From assembly GCA_965233585.1 (NCBI GenBank), contig CBDDTI010000746.1:288001-352000 (forward strand): a DNA stretch of 64,000 nt. The letters run 5' to 3'. A program made the position numbers and the translations under genes. This document shows, piece by piece, positions 41,667 to 51,021 of the stretch. The notes under the pieces are model-generated. The model was given only the letters and a program-made list of their open reading frames with translations. It ran no database searches and was not told where the DNA came from. The DNA is from a bacterium. Lineage in GTDB: Bacteria; SAR324; NAC60-12. Position 1 is the stretch's first letter. Each line of letters starts with the position of its first letter.

Positions 41667-41801
41667 GATGACGAAAAAGGTGAGAAAAAAGAAACCTCAG
41701 AAATTGAGGAGAAAAACAGAATGAGGAAAAGAAAATTGAGAAACTTGCAAAGTCATTCCCCTCCAGTAGAAGGGAATGAAAAGACCCTGCTTTGTGAAGG
41801 G

Positions 41802-43559
41802 TTAGGGGAGTCTGATATTTTCCACCATCTCTTGCACTTTTTCAGGTGGGGCAGGGGTGAAGAGAGACACGACCATTGAGACAACCAAGTTAGTGACCAT
41901 GGCAATCGTTCCAAATCCTTCTGGAGAGATACCAAACCACCAATCACTTGGGGAGGTGGGTCCGAATAGATTAAACTTGAACTTGAGCATGTAGAAGATC
42001 ATGAGTAAAAGCCCAACGACCATGCCTGTAATTGCCCCCTCTTTATTCATTCGTTTGTAAAAGATGCCAAGAATGATGGCAGGGAAGAAAGAGGCTGCAG
42101 CTAGTCCAAATGCTAATGCGACCACAGCGGCAACAAATCCCGGTGGATTGATTCCAAAGTATCCTGCCACAATGACAGCAACCCCTGCGGCAATTCTAGC
42201 GACCAATAACTCCTGCTTGTCTGTCAAATCTGGTTTGATTTGAGATTTGATTAAATCGTGGGAGACAGAAGAAGAGATCACAAGCAACAATCCTGCAGCA
42301 GTGGAAAGTGCGGCAGCTAGTCCACCTGCGGCAACCAAAGCAATGACCCAATTTGGAAGTTGAGCAATTTCAGGATTAGCAAGCACCATAATATCACGAT
42401 CAATGTAGAGTTCGTTGGAACCGCTTGTCGCTTGATTGGTGATTAAAATTTGTCCATGTTTGCCTCGTTCTGGGTCTCCTGATTCATTGAGTTTTTGTTG
42501 TGGCTTCCCAATAAATGCGTTGCCTGCAGTGTACTTAACTTGACCATCATCGTCTTTGTCCACCCATGCAATGAGGTTGGTTGCCTCCCACTTTTTAAAC
42601 CATTCAGGCAAGATGCGATATTCTTTTTGAGATACAGTTTCAATCAAATTGACTCTGGCAAAGGAGGCAATAGCAGGGGCTGTTGTGTAAAGAATGGCGA
42701 TAAAAACCAATGCCCAGCCTGCTGACTTTCTGGCATCACGGACTCTGGGAACTGTGAAGAAACGAATGATGACATGAGGCAATCCTGCAGTACCAACCAT
42801 CAAAGCAAATGTGATGGCAAAGACATCAATGACGCTTTTAGAACCTGATGTGTATTCTGCAAATCCCAATTCTCGGTGCAATCCGTCCAGCTTGTCCAGC
42901 AAATAAGAACCATCTTGCAAAGTTGAACCAAAGCCAGAGTGAGGCAAAATGTGTCCCGTTAATTGAAACGAGATGAAAAAGGCAGGTAGCATGTATGCAA
43001 AAATCAGGACACAATATTGAGCAACTTGCGTGTAAGTAATCCCTTTCATACCACCCAGCACGGCATAGAAGAAAACGATAATCATACCAATCACGACGCC
43101 TGTATTGATAGGGACTTCAAGAAATCTGGAAAAGACGACTCCAACACCCCTCATCTGACCTGCAATGTAGGTGAACGACACGACCAATGCACAAACCACT
43201 CCTACTGTTCTAGCAATTTCAGAATAATACCGATCCCCAATGAAGTCAGGCACTGTAAACTTCCCAAACTTCCGTAGATAAGGGGCAAGTAGCAATGCTA
43301 ACAAGACGTAGCCACCTGTCCAGCCCATTAGAAACACGCTGCCATCATATCCTGCAAAGGAGATGATTCCTGCCATAGAAATAAACGATGCCGCAGACAT
43401 CCAATCTGCGGCAGTTGCCATGCCATTTGCCACTGCTGGCACAGATTTACTTGCCACATAAAAATCACCAGTAGATTCTGCACGTGACCTCAAAGCAATC
43501 CAGATATAAAGCATAAAAGTAATGCTTACGATGAGATAAGTCCAAATTTGTACTGACAT
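41802..43559 (-). CDS. Sodium:solute symporter, ActP-like cation/acetate family
   Basis: GMATAADWMSAASFISMAG, LRKFGKFTVPDFIGDRY, GTAGLPHVIIRFFTV, LAAALSTAAGLL. Confidence 0.93.
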   Translation of the reverse strand: MSVQIWTYLIVSITFMLYIWIALRSRAESTGDFYVASKSVPAVANGMATAADWMSAASFISMAGIISFAGYDGSVFLMGWTGGYVLLALLLAPYLRKFGKFTVPDFIGDRYYSEIARTVGVVCALVVSFTYIAGQMRGVGVVFSRFLEVPINTGVVIGMIIVFFYAVLGGMKGITYTQVAQYCVLIFAYMLPAFFISFQLTGHILPHSGFGSTLQDGSYLLDKLDGLHRELGFAEYTSGSKSVIDVFAITFALMVGTAGLPHVIIRFFTVPRVRDARKSAGWALVFIAILYTTAPAIASFARVNLIETVSQKEYRILPEWFKKWEATNLIAWVDKDDDGQVKYTAGNAFIGKPQQKLNESGDPERGKHGQILITNQATSGSNELYIDRDIMVLANPEIAQLPNWVIALVAAGGLAAALSTAAGLLLVISSSVSHDLIKSQIKPDLTDKQELLVARIAAGVAVIVAGYFGINPPGFVAAVVALAFGLAAASFFPAIILGIFYKRMNKEGAITGMVVGLLLMIFYMLKFKFNLFGPTSPSDWWFGISPEGFGTIAMVTNLVVSMVVSLFTPAPPEKVQEMVENIRLP

Positions 43560-43588
43560 AAAAGCCTCCTATAAATTGAGTTGAAACG

Positions 43589-43843
43589 TTAGTCTTCTGA
43601 AACTTGATGCTTATCTTCCAATTTTTCCATCAAATTGGAATAGACAAAAATCAAGATGACAAACACATAGATTGACCCTTGTTGTGCAATCCAAAATCCC
43701 AGCTTGAACCCTGCAAGCCGTATAGAGTTGAGTGCATCGGCAAAGAAGATGCCCAGTACACAAGAAACAACAAACCAAATGCCTAGCAACCATGCAAGGT
43801 ATTTGAGATTAGAGTTCCAATACTCCAAATGTTCTTTTTTCAT
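43589..43843 (-). CDS. DUF4212 small subunit of the symporter
   Basis: YWNSNL, GFKLGFWIAQQGSIYVFVILIF; directly upstream of the symporter. Confidence 0.9.
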   Translation of the reverse strand: MKKEHLEYWNSNLKYLAWLLGIWFVVSCVLGIFFADALNSIRLAGFKLGFWIAQQGSIYVFVILIFVYSNLMEKLEDKHQVSED

Positions 43844-44102
43844 AATTTTCTCCTTATATGATGATTATGATTAATGAAAAAACAGAAATTAGCATGAGTT
43901 TTTATCAGTTGCAAGTGTTATTTTAAATTTTTTATTGTGATTTTTAGGCGTCATTTTGAATGATTCACGCGGCAGAGTCGGTAGATGGTCATTTTTGAAA
44001 AGAATCAAAAAGGATTTTTTGAAGAATTTGAAGGAAGATTTGGAATGGTGTTGACAATCGGGGGTTGTCTTTATATTCTGTTGTGTTTTTTTTCAAGGTT
44101 GC

Positions 44103-46004
44103 ATGTCCCAAGAAATCATACAAAAGGCAGTAGAGCTTTATGGAATGGATAAATGGGGAGAAGGCTTTTTTGACGTCAACGAACAAGGGAATCTTACTGT
44201 CACTCCCCTTGAGGGACAGCATCACATTGACTTAAAAGTTCTGGCAGATGAGATTCAAAACAGGGGGCTAGAGCTTCCTGTTTTGGTGAGGTTCTCAAAC
44301 ATTTTGCAACAGAGGATTTTGACGATTTGCAAGGCATTCCAGAGTGCATCAGAAAGTTATGGCTATCATGGAAAGTATTACGGGGTCTATCCTGTCAAAG
44401 TCAATCCACACCGCCAAGTTGTTAAAGATGTCATCAAATTTGGCAATCCCTATCATTTTGGGGTAGAAGCGGGGTCAAAGCCAGAGCTTTACGCCACGCT
44501 TGCCATGATGGAATCCCCAAACGCTCCAATCATTTGTAATGGATACAAAGATGAGACTTACATCCGTATGGCACTCATCGGTCAAAAGCTCAACAGAACT
44601 ATTTTCATAGTCGTTGAAAAACTCCACGAGCTGAACCTCATCATCAAACAAGCTAAGACTCTTAACATTAAGCCGCGTATTGGGTTGCGTGTGAGGTTGT
44701 CTTCATCAGCGATTGGCAGGTGGGGGAAATCAGGTGGGGATTTTTCAAAGTTTGGTTTGACTGTAGCTGAGGTGATGAATGCTGTCAATACTGCCAAAGC
44801 TGAAGGATTTTTGGACTGCCTTCAGCTCATTCATTTTCATCTAGGTAGTCAAGTGGGCAGGATTGGTTGCATCAAAAATGCTCTGCGGGAAGTCAGGCGG
44901 TTTTATGTGGAATTGCGGAAGCTGGATTGTCCAATAGACTTCATAGATGTTGGCGGAGGTCTTGGGGTCAATTATGGGGAACAAGCCAATGCTAGTGTGA
45001 ATTATACCATTCAAGAATACGCCAACGATGTCGTGTATTACATTTACGAGGCATGTGAAGAAGAAAATCTGCCTCACCCTCATTTGATTTCAGAGTCAGG
45101 ACGTGCTTTGACGGCTCATCATTCTGTGATGATTTTTAACATTCTTGATGCCACACATTCAGTCTCTTGGAACGAAGAAGAAAGCCTTGAAGGCGAAAAA
45201 GACCCTACCATTCTTGACCTCCATGAAATCTTGCATGATGTTAACCAAGATAATCTGATGGAGTCATGGCATGATGCTTTGGAACTGCGAGAACAGTCTT
45301 TGATGAAGTTTAATTTGGGACTGATGGATTTGAAGGGCAAGGCACAGGTGGAACGTATGTTCTGGCAAATTGCCAAAAGTTGCTGCGACCATGCACAACA
45401 ATTAGACCCTTGTCCTGCTGAACTCAATGAAATCCGAAAAAAGCTAGCAGATAAATATTTTTGCAACTTTTCCATCTTCCAATCCCTTCCTGATTCGTGG
45501 GCAATAGACCACCTCTTCCCCATCACTCCCATTCATCGTTTGAATGAAGAACCTACCAAAGAAGTTGTGCTACAAGACATCACTTGCGATTCAGACGGTA
45601 AGCTAGACCAGTTTGTTTTGGGGCAAAGTGTCTCTTCGGTACTGCCAGCGCATGAGTTTCGTTTGGGAGAACCTTATCTTTTTGGGGCGTATCTTGTGGG
45701 GGCGTATCAGGAGATTCTTGGAGATTTGCATAATTTGTTTGGGGACACTCACACAGTCCATGTGGTGCTGAATCAAAATGGTGAATGGTCTTATGAACAA
45801 GTAGTGGAAGGAGAAGATGTGAGCGATGTTTTGAAGTATGTCCAATATGATGCTGATAATTTACTGCAAAAAGTGTCAAGGCACATCGGCGTTAGTCAAG
45901 GGCAAAACGGCATCTCTCCTGAAGAAGCAGAAGAATTTATGAGGCTTTATCGGCAAGGCTTGCGTGGCTATACTTATCTCATTGAAAAATCACAGCAATC
46001 TTGA
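44103..46004 (+). CDS. speA: Biosynthetic arginine decarboxylase
   Basis: VYPVKVN, GVEAGSKPEL, HFHLGSQ, DVGGGLG, NFSIFQSLPDSWAID, DITCDSDG, GAYQEILGDLHNLFGD. Confidence 0.96.
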   Translation: MSQEIIQKAVELYGMDKWGEGFFDVNEQGNLTVTPLEGQHHIDLKVLADEIQNRGLELPVLVRFSNILQQRILTICKAFQSASESYGYHGKYYGVYPVKVNPHRQVVKDVIKFGNPYHFGVEAGSKPELYATLAMMESPNAPIICNGYKDETYIRMALIGQKLNRTIFIVVEKLHELNLIIKQAKTLNIKPRIGLRVRLSSSAIGRWGKSGGDFSKFGLTVAEVMNAVNTAKAEGFLDCLQLIHFHLGSQVGRIGCIKNALREVRRFYVELRKLDCPIDFIDVGGGLGVNYGEQANASVNYTIQEYANDVVYYIYEACEEENLPHPHLISESGRALTAHHSVMIFNILDATHSVSWNEEESLEGEKDPTILDLHEILHDVNQDNLMESWHDALELREQSLMKFNLGLMDLKGKAQVERMFWQIAKSCCDHAQQLDPCPAELNEIRKKLADKYFCNFSIFQSLPDSWAIDHLFPITPIHRLNEEPTKEVVLQDITCDSDGKLDQFVLGQSVSSVLPAHEFRLGEPYLFGAYLVGAYQEILGDLHNLFGDTHTVHVVLNQNGEWSYEQVVEGEDVSDVLKYVQYDADNLLQKVSRHIGVSQGQNGISPEEAEEFMRLYRQGLRGYTYLIEKSQQS

Positions 46005-46070
46005 AGCATCGCAGTCATTTGATTTTTTCATCTAACTTTTCTAATCTATTTGTTTTTAAGGCTAAAAAAC

Positions 46071-46295
46071 ATGATAGACACACTTGCTTACACCAAAGAA
46101 CTGACGGCTGTCGGCTTCACTCCTGAACAAGCAGAAGTCCAAGCCACTGCACTTAAAAATGCAGTGGAAGAAGACACTGCCAATGTCAAGTCTGAAATTG
46201 CTGAATTAAAAGGAGAAATGAAACTCAACCGTTGAATGCTTGGCTTTGTTCTGGTGATGGTTTCTGGCATCTTTGTTAAGTTATTCACGGGTTAA
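46071..46295 (+). pseudogene. DUF1640-like tandem copy A with TGA at the pre-TM Trp
   Basis: Nearly identical to copy B, including upstream DNA; 18-nt internal deletion; cgt TGA atg ctt..., frame continues to TAA 46295. Confidence 0.8.
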
Positions 46296-46389
46296 AATTT
46301 TAACGTTTAGAACTTCTCTTACAATCCTTTCAGCCATTTGATTTTTTCATCTAACTTTTCTAATCTATTTGTTTTTAAGGCTAAAAGAC

Positions 46390-46632
46390 ATGATAGATAC
46401 ACTTGCTTATACCAAAGAACTGACGGCTGTTGGCTTCACTCCTGAACAAGCAGAAGTCCAAGCCACTGCACTTAAAAATGCAGTGGAAAAAGGCACTGCC
46501 ACCAAAGAGGACATTGCCAATGTCAAGTCTGAAATTGCTGAATTAAAAGGAGAAGTCAAATTGAATCGCTGGATGATAGGATTCTCTATTGCCTTGAACG
46601 TTGCTGTTTTCCTCAAATTATTTATGGGTTAA
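46390..46632 (+). CDS. DUF1640-like tandem copy B, intact
   Basis: MIDTLAYTKELTAVGFTPEQAE...ATKEDI...LNRWMIGFSIALNVAVFLKLF. Confidence 0.82.
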   Translation: MIDTLAYTKELTAVGFTPEQAEVQATALKNAVEKGTATKEDIANVKSEIAELKGEVKLNRWMIGFSIALNVAVFLKLFMG

Positions 46633-46650
46633 AGTCTTTTGTATGGCAAG

Positions 46651-47463
46651 ATGAATCATTTAACCTCAAAGCATCAAAAACTCATCAACTTGTTTGAAAG
46701 GCTGGAGAGTGTGATTATTGCATTTTCTGGTGGGATTGATAGTTCGTTGGTGGGATACGTGGCGCATCAGGTTTTGGGAGGCAAAGCGTTGGCTGTGACC
46801 TCTGCCTCAAAAAGTCTGAAAACTGCAGATTTGGAATTGACGAAAAAGCTGGCTTGGTCATGGGGAATGCAACATCAAGTGATTGAAACTGATGAATTGC
46901 AAAATCCTAATTACGTCAAAAATCCAGCCAATCGCTGTTATTTTTGCAAGCAGACTCTTTACGAACATCTTAAAAAAATTGCGTTGCTACAAGGATATGC
47001 TTACATTGTCAATGGCACAAATGGTGATGATTTGCAAGATTACCGACCGGGCTTAGAAGCCGCATCAGAGTTTCAGGTGCAATCACCTCTTGCAGAATGT
47101 GGGTTTTCTAAGGCAGACGTCCGCCAGCTGGCAAAAGTTCTTGAGTTAGAAAATGCAGACAAACCCCAATCTGCATGCTTGTCTAGCCGTATTCCCTATG
47201 GTTCAGAAGTCTCTGCACAGAAACTTGGTCAAATTGAGCAAGCTGAGAACATTCTAATCCGCCTTGGATTTAAGCAATGCCGAGTCCGACACCATGAAAA
47301 CCTTGCTAGAATAGAAGTGCCAAAAGAAGATTTTACAAAACTGATGGCACTGACAGACCTGATTCAGAAACGTCTCAAAGGCTGTGGATACACCTACGTG
47401 GCACTAGACCTGTCAGGGTTTCGTTCTGGTTCGCTCAATCAAACTTTGTCTAATTCAGTATGA
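46651..47463 (+). CDS. larE: ATP-dependent sacrificial sulfur transferase LarE family
   Basis: AFSGGIDS, NRCYFCK, DDLQDYRPG, ACLSSRIPYG, RVRHH, GFRSGSLN. Confidence 0.92.
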   Translation: MNHLTSKHQKLINLFERLESVIIAFSGGIDSSLVGYVAHQVLGGKALAVTSASKSLKTADLELTKKLAWSWGMQHQVIETDELQNPNYVKNPANRCYFCKQTLYEHLKKIALLQGYAYIVNGTNGDDLQDYRPGLEAASEFQVQSPLAECGFSKADVRQLAKVLELENADKPQSACLSSRIPYGSEVSAQKLGQIEQAENILIRLGFKQCRVRHHENLARIEVPKEDFTKLMALTDLIQKRLKGCGYTYVALDLSGFRSGSLNQTLSNSV

Positions 47464-47674
47464 CGGGTTCTGTCATCAATTCAGCAAGGTTGTCTAGCAT
47501 CTTGGCAAAGACATGAGTTGCATAAGAGACTTTGGTTTCATGGTCAGTGGGATTTTGTTGCATCGCATTTGCCAGCTGTGAGACGGCATCAAAGACTTCT
47601 GCCTCAAATTTCTCACTACTTTCATAACCGATTAAGGATTGCATTTTTTCAATTTTTTCGTCTATTTGGTTCAT
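47450..47674 (-). CDS. Hypothetical small helical protein
   Basis: AGGAG RBS before MNQIDEK; 74 aa. Confidence 0.55.
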   Translation of the reverse strand: MNQIDEKIEKMQSLIGYESSEKFEAEVFDAVSQLANAMQQNPTDHETKVSYATHVFAKMLDNLAELMTEPVILN

Positions 47675-47821
47675 GGTGATACTCCTAAATTGTGCTGAAA
47701 TGAAGAGACTAAACTTTGACAAGCAAGGTTTAGTTTCCTCCAAAGTTGAATCTCCTTTCATTATCGGCAGTGGTGTCAAAACCTTGAGTTGCTTCTAAAC
47801 ATTTTTTGTAATAAATGAACT

Positions 47822-48559
47822 ATGAACATGGATTCTGATGAGTTAGAGGACTCTTTTTTAGACTCTAAACTCTTGGGTGAGATGATGGCTGATACTTTTG
47901 CACAACGTCAGGAACGCAAAACGGAGGCAATCCCAGCTGATGAGTTAATTGAGCAGTTCTCACCAAAACTACAACCGCTCCTTTCTGACATTGAGTGGTT
48001 TTTTCAAAGACATGTTAATCCAGATGCCACCATTGACTCAAATGTTTTAGAAGTTCTCATGTTTCATCAATTTAAAAAACGTAGTGTCTCCCATGAATCC
48101 ATTGCAGAATTGGGAGACCATGCTTTGAGCTTCCTACAGTGTTCGCAACGCACTCAAGCCCCACAATTCAGAAACTTTGCAGAATCTGTTTTTCAATTAT
48201 TTGCTAGATTGGCTCAAGTCCCGCTCAAGTCTATCGCTCACAGCTTTCCTTATGAACATGTTGCTGATGAAGTCTCTTTTATTCAATGGAAGTTCCAAAC
48301 ATCTTGCCATGAAAACATCATGCTTTTGTTGCCTGCTAGCTTGGCAGAATCGTTGGACAAAACAAGCCAGATTTGCATCACCATTGGAGAATGCCCTATG
48401 ACATTGGAAGAGTGGCAGAAGGTGGAAGCTGGGACAGTGATTAGGCTTAATCAAAAACTCAATGCGACACTTTCTGCTGTGTGCGAAGGGGAACAAATCA
48501 GCGGAAAGTTAGGGAAAGTGGGGCGTCATTATGCCTTTCGTGTAGAGACTTCCGAATAA
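47822..48559 (+). CDS. Protein with a C-terminal FliM/FliN (SpoA)-like domain
   Basis: ITIGECPMTLEEWQKVEAGTVIRL...GKLGKVGRHYAFRV. Confidence 0.6.
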   Translation: MNMDSDELEDSFLDSKLLGEMMADTFAQRQERKTEAIPADELIEQFSPKLQPLLSDIEWFFQRHVNPDATIDSNVLEVLMFHQFKKRSVSHESIAELGDHALSFLQCSQRTQAPQFRNFAESVFQLFARLAQVPLKSIAHSFPYEHVADEVSFIQWKFQTSCHENIMLLLPASLAESLDKTSQICITIGECPMTLEEWQKVEAGTVIRLNQKLNATLSAVCEGEQISGKLGKVGRHYAFRVETSE

Positions 48560-48691
48560 ATTACAATCCATTGTTTCTCATGTTTTTAAACCATCACTTG
48601 TTTTTTAGTAGCATTTTTAGGCTAAAAACTCATTTTGAAAGAATAAGTTAAAAGACAAGTTTAAAAATCATGTTTCTTTAAAAAATTAACG

Positions 48692-50188
48692 ATGTCCGAC
48701 CTTTTATCTGTTGCTGTGCCTTTCAAGGCTGTTGCCATCACTCTAGTCCTTTTGCTTTTATTTTGTAGCTTGCTGGTTTGGTTTGTGATGAAAAAGTTAT
48801 ATCAAGCTCAACATGCTCACCTTTTGCAACAAATTGACTCCCAAAACAACGAAAATCAACAACTCTCCCAAGAGCGAGAAACCTATCAAAAGCAGAGTCA
48901 AGAATTATTAATCCAACTCAAAGAATTGGAGGTTTTGCAAGCGACAAATCAAACAGAACAGGAGTACTACGTTAAAGCAATAGAGGAGAAGCAAAAATCC
49001 TTACAAAAGATTGAGTCAGAGAATCGCGAGCAAGCGAATTTTTTGGAAGTGAAAAAAGAAGAGTTAGCTAAGGCAAATGAAACGATTGAGACGATGAAGG
49101 TTCAGCAAGCAGAACAACTCAAACGTTTTGAAGAAAAAGAACAGTTTTTGAAAGACCAAGAACAACAAATGCGTGAGACTTTTGAAAACTTAGCCAATCA
49201 GATTTTGGAAAAGAAGGGCAAGCAGTTTTCAGAACAACAAAATAAAGAACTGAATGAACTGTTAAAACCTTTTCAACATGACTTAGCCACTTTTAAACAA
49301 GAAGCAGAAACGGCAAGGAAGCATGAAATAGAAAAGCAAGGTCAGCTTGGGCAAGAGTTAAAGCAGTTGATGGAACTCAACCAAAAACTGAGTCAAGATG
49401 CCAATAACCTCACCAAGGCTTTGAAAAATGAAAGTCAGACACAAGGTGCATGGGGAGAGATGATTTTGGAGAAAGTGTTGGAAAGTGTGGGACTCACCAA
49501 AGGAAGAGAGTACAAAGTGCAAGAATCCTTTCAAGATGAACAAGACCGAAGAAAACGTCCTGATGCACTCGTCTATTTGCCTGAAAATAAAGTCATCATC
49601 ATAGACGCTAAAACATCACTAGAAGCATATACTGATTTTTGCAATGCAACCAATGAAGACACACGGCAAGAATCGCTCAAAGCACATGTCAAATCAGTTG
49701 AAAATCATATCAAAGACTTGGCAAAGAAAGAGTATGCCAGCTTGCCTGATTTGCAAGATAAGACTCTTGACATGGTGTTAATGTTCGTTCCGATAGAAGG
49801 TGCTTTTTCTGTGGCTTTGCAACATCAAACGTCATTGTGCAATGACGCTTTTCAAAAACGAATCTTCCTTGTCTCACCAACGACTTTATTTGTCAGCTTG
49901 TATGCCGTCAAAGCCTTATGGAATATGGAAGACCAAGCTAAAAATGTCAGAGAGATTGCAGAACGTGCTTCAAAAATGCTGGACAAATTCAGTAGCTTTG
50001 CCCAAGACCTAGAAAAAGTTGGCAAACAAATAGGACTGACTCAACAAACTTATGATGAGGCGTGCAAAAAACTCAAGACAGGCAAAGGGAATTTAATCAG
50101 CCAAGCCACACAAATTCAAGCACTAGGAGTGCCTCATAAAAAGCAACTTCCAAACTCTTTTCTTGAAGAAGCAAAAATTGACGAATGA
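48692..50188 (+). CDS. rmuC: DNA recombination protein RmuC
   Basis: N-terminal TM, coiled coil, QGAWGEMILEKVLE, RPDALVYLPENK.IIIDAK, MFVPIEGA, GKGNL. Confidence 0.93.
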   Translation: MSDLLSVAVPFKAVAITLVLLLLFCSLLVWFVMKKLYQAQHAHLLQQIDSQNNENQQLSQERETYQKQSQELLIQLKELEVLQATNQTEQEYYVKAIEEKQKSLQKIESENREQANFLEVKKEELAKANETIETMKVQQAEQLKRFEEKEQFLKDQEQQMRETFENLANQILEKKGKQFSEQQNKELNELLKPFQHDLATFKQEAETARKHEIEKQGQLGQELKQLMELNQKLSQDANNLTKALKNESQTQGAWGEMILEKVLESVGLTKGREYKVQESFQDEQDRRKRPDALVYLPENKVIIIDAKTSLEAYTDFCNATNEDTRQESLKAHVKSVENHIKDLAKKEYASLPDLQDKTLDMVLMFVPIEGAFSVALQHQTSLCNDAFQKRIFLVSPTTLFVSLYAVKALWNMEDQAKNVREIAERASKMLDKFSSFAQDLEKVGKQIGLTQQTYDEACKKLKTGKGNLISQATQIQALGVPHKKQLPNSFLEEAKIDE

Positions 50189-50328
50189 GAACAGATGAGA
50201 ACACAATGCAGGTTTTGAATGAAACAATTTTTTCAATCAACGGGGCTATGACTTCTAGGTCAGTCATGGCATAATCTTTTGACTTGAATCTAGGAGACTA
50301 TTTTTACAATTTTGAGGAGTAACAGATT

Positions 50329-51018
50329 ATGCAAAAAAGGCAAGTTCATACAATTAATGTGATTTCTAATTTATTTGGTCAAGCAGCAGTAGATTTGATG
50401 GAAAGGGCGGCAGGGGTCAAAGTCCGCTTATCTACAACTTTGCAAAAGACGTCAGGTTTAAAGATGCGTCCAGACATTGCAACCTTTGTCCATTTTAGGG
50501 GAGACTACTTTGGCTTGATGGTTTTGAATTTAAGCAAAGAAGCCGCCATGACCTATTATCGGCATTCCTTGCTTAAGATGGGTATGCCAGAAGAAGAGCT
50601 TGCAACTAATCACACCTCAAAAGATGTGATTGATTGTATTGGTGAATTGATGAATCAAGTCATTGGTTCTGTCCGTTCTACGATTGAGGAAAGGTATGAA
50701 CTTTCTGCCTCAAACAACCCACCTCAAGCGATTTGTCTGCTTGATGCCATCTCTCTTTCGCTGGAAGGCACGGCGATGACCACAAGGCAATGTAGAAGGA
50801 TTTCTTTGCGAATTGACGGACATGAGTTTCACATTGAAGTCTTTTTGGAAAACACAGAGTTTGTGTCACTGAAGTCAGAAAGTACTGAAAGAGTAGAAGA
50901 CGTAGATGCCTTTGAAGCGGCGTTGGCACAGCATCAAGCACAAGAAGGTCAGCAAACCCTTCAGCCAGAAGAAGAGCTTGACGTTGATGCACTCATTGCA
51001 CTCAGAGACCAGTCATAA
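50329..51018 (+). CDS. DUF3334 / CheX-like protein
   Basis: RPDIATFVHFRGDYFGLMVLN, MGMPEEELA, IGELMNQVIG (ExxN). Confidence 0.75.
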   Translation: MQKRQVHTINVISNLFGQAAVDLMERAAGVKVRLSTTLQKTSGLKMRPDIATFVHFRGDYFGLMVLNLSKEAAMTYYRHSLLKMGMPEEELATNHTSKDVIDCIGELMNQVIGSVRSTIEERYELSASNNPPQAICLLDAISLSLEGTAMTTRQCRRISLRIDGHEFHIEVFLENTEFVSLKSESTERVEDVDAFEAALAQHQAQEGQQTLQPEEELDVDALIALRDQS

Positions 51019-51021
51019 TTT

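Noticed and set aside
36364..46235. Alternative genetic code or selenocysteine explaining in-frame TAG/TGA at 36364, 37789 and 46233
   Set aside because: typA ends at TAG and mutY, speA and tsaB end at TGA at expected lengths; Trp is TGG elsewhere; two stop types replace two different residues
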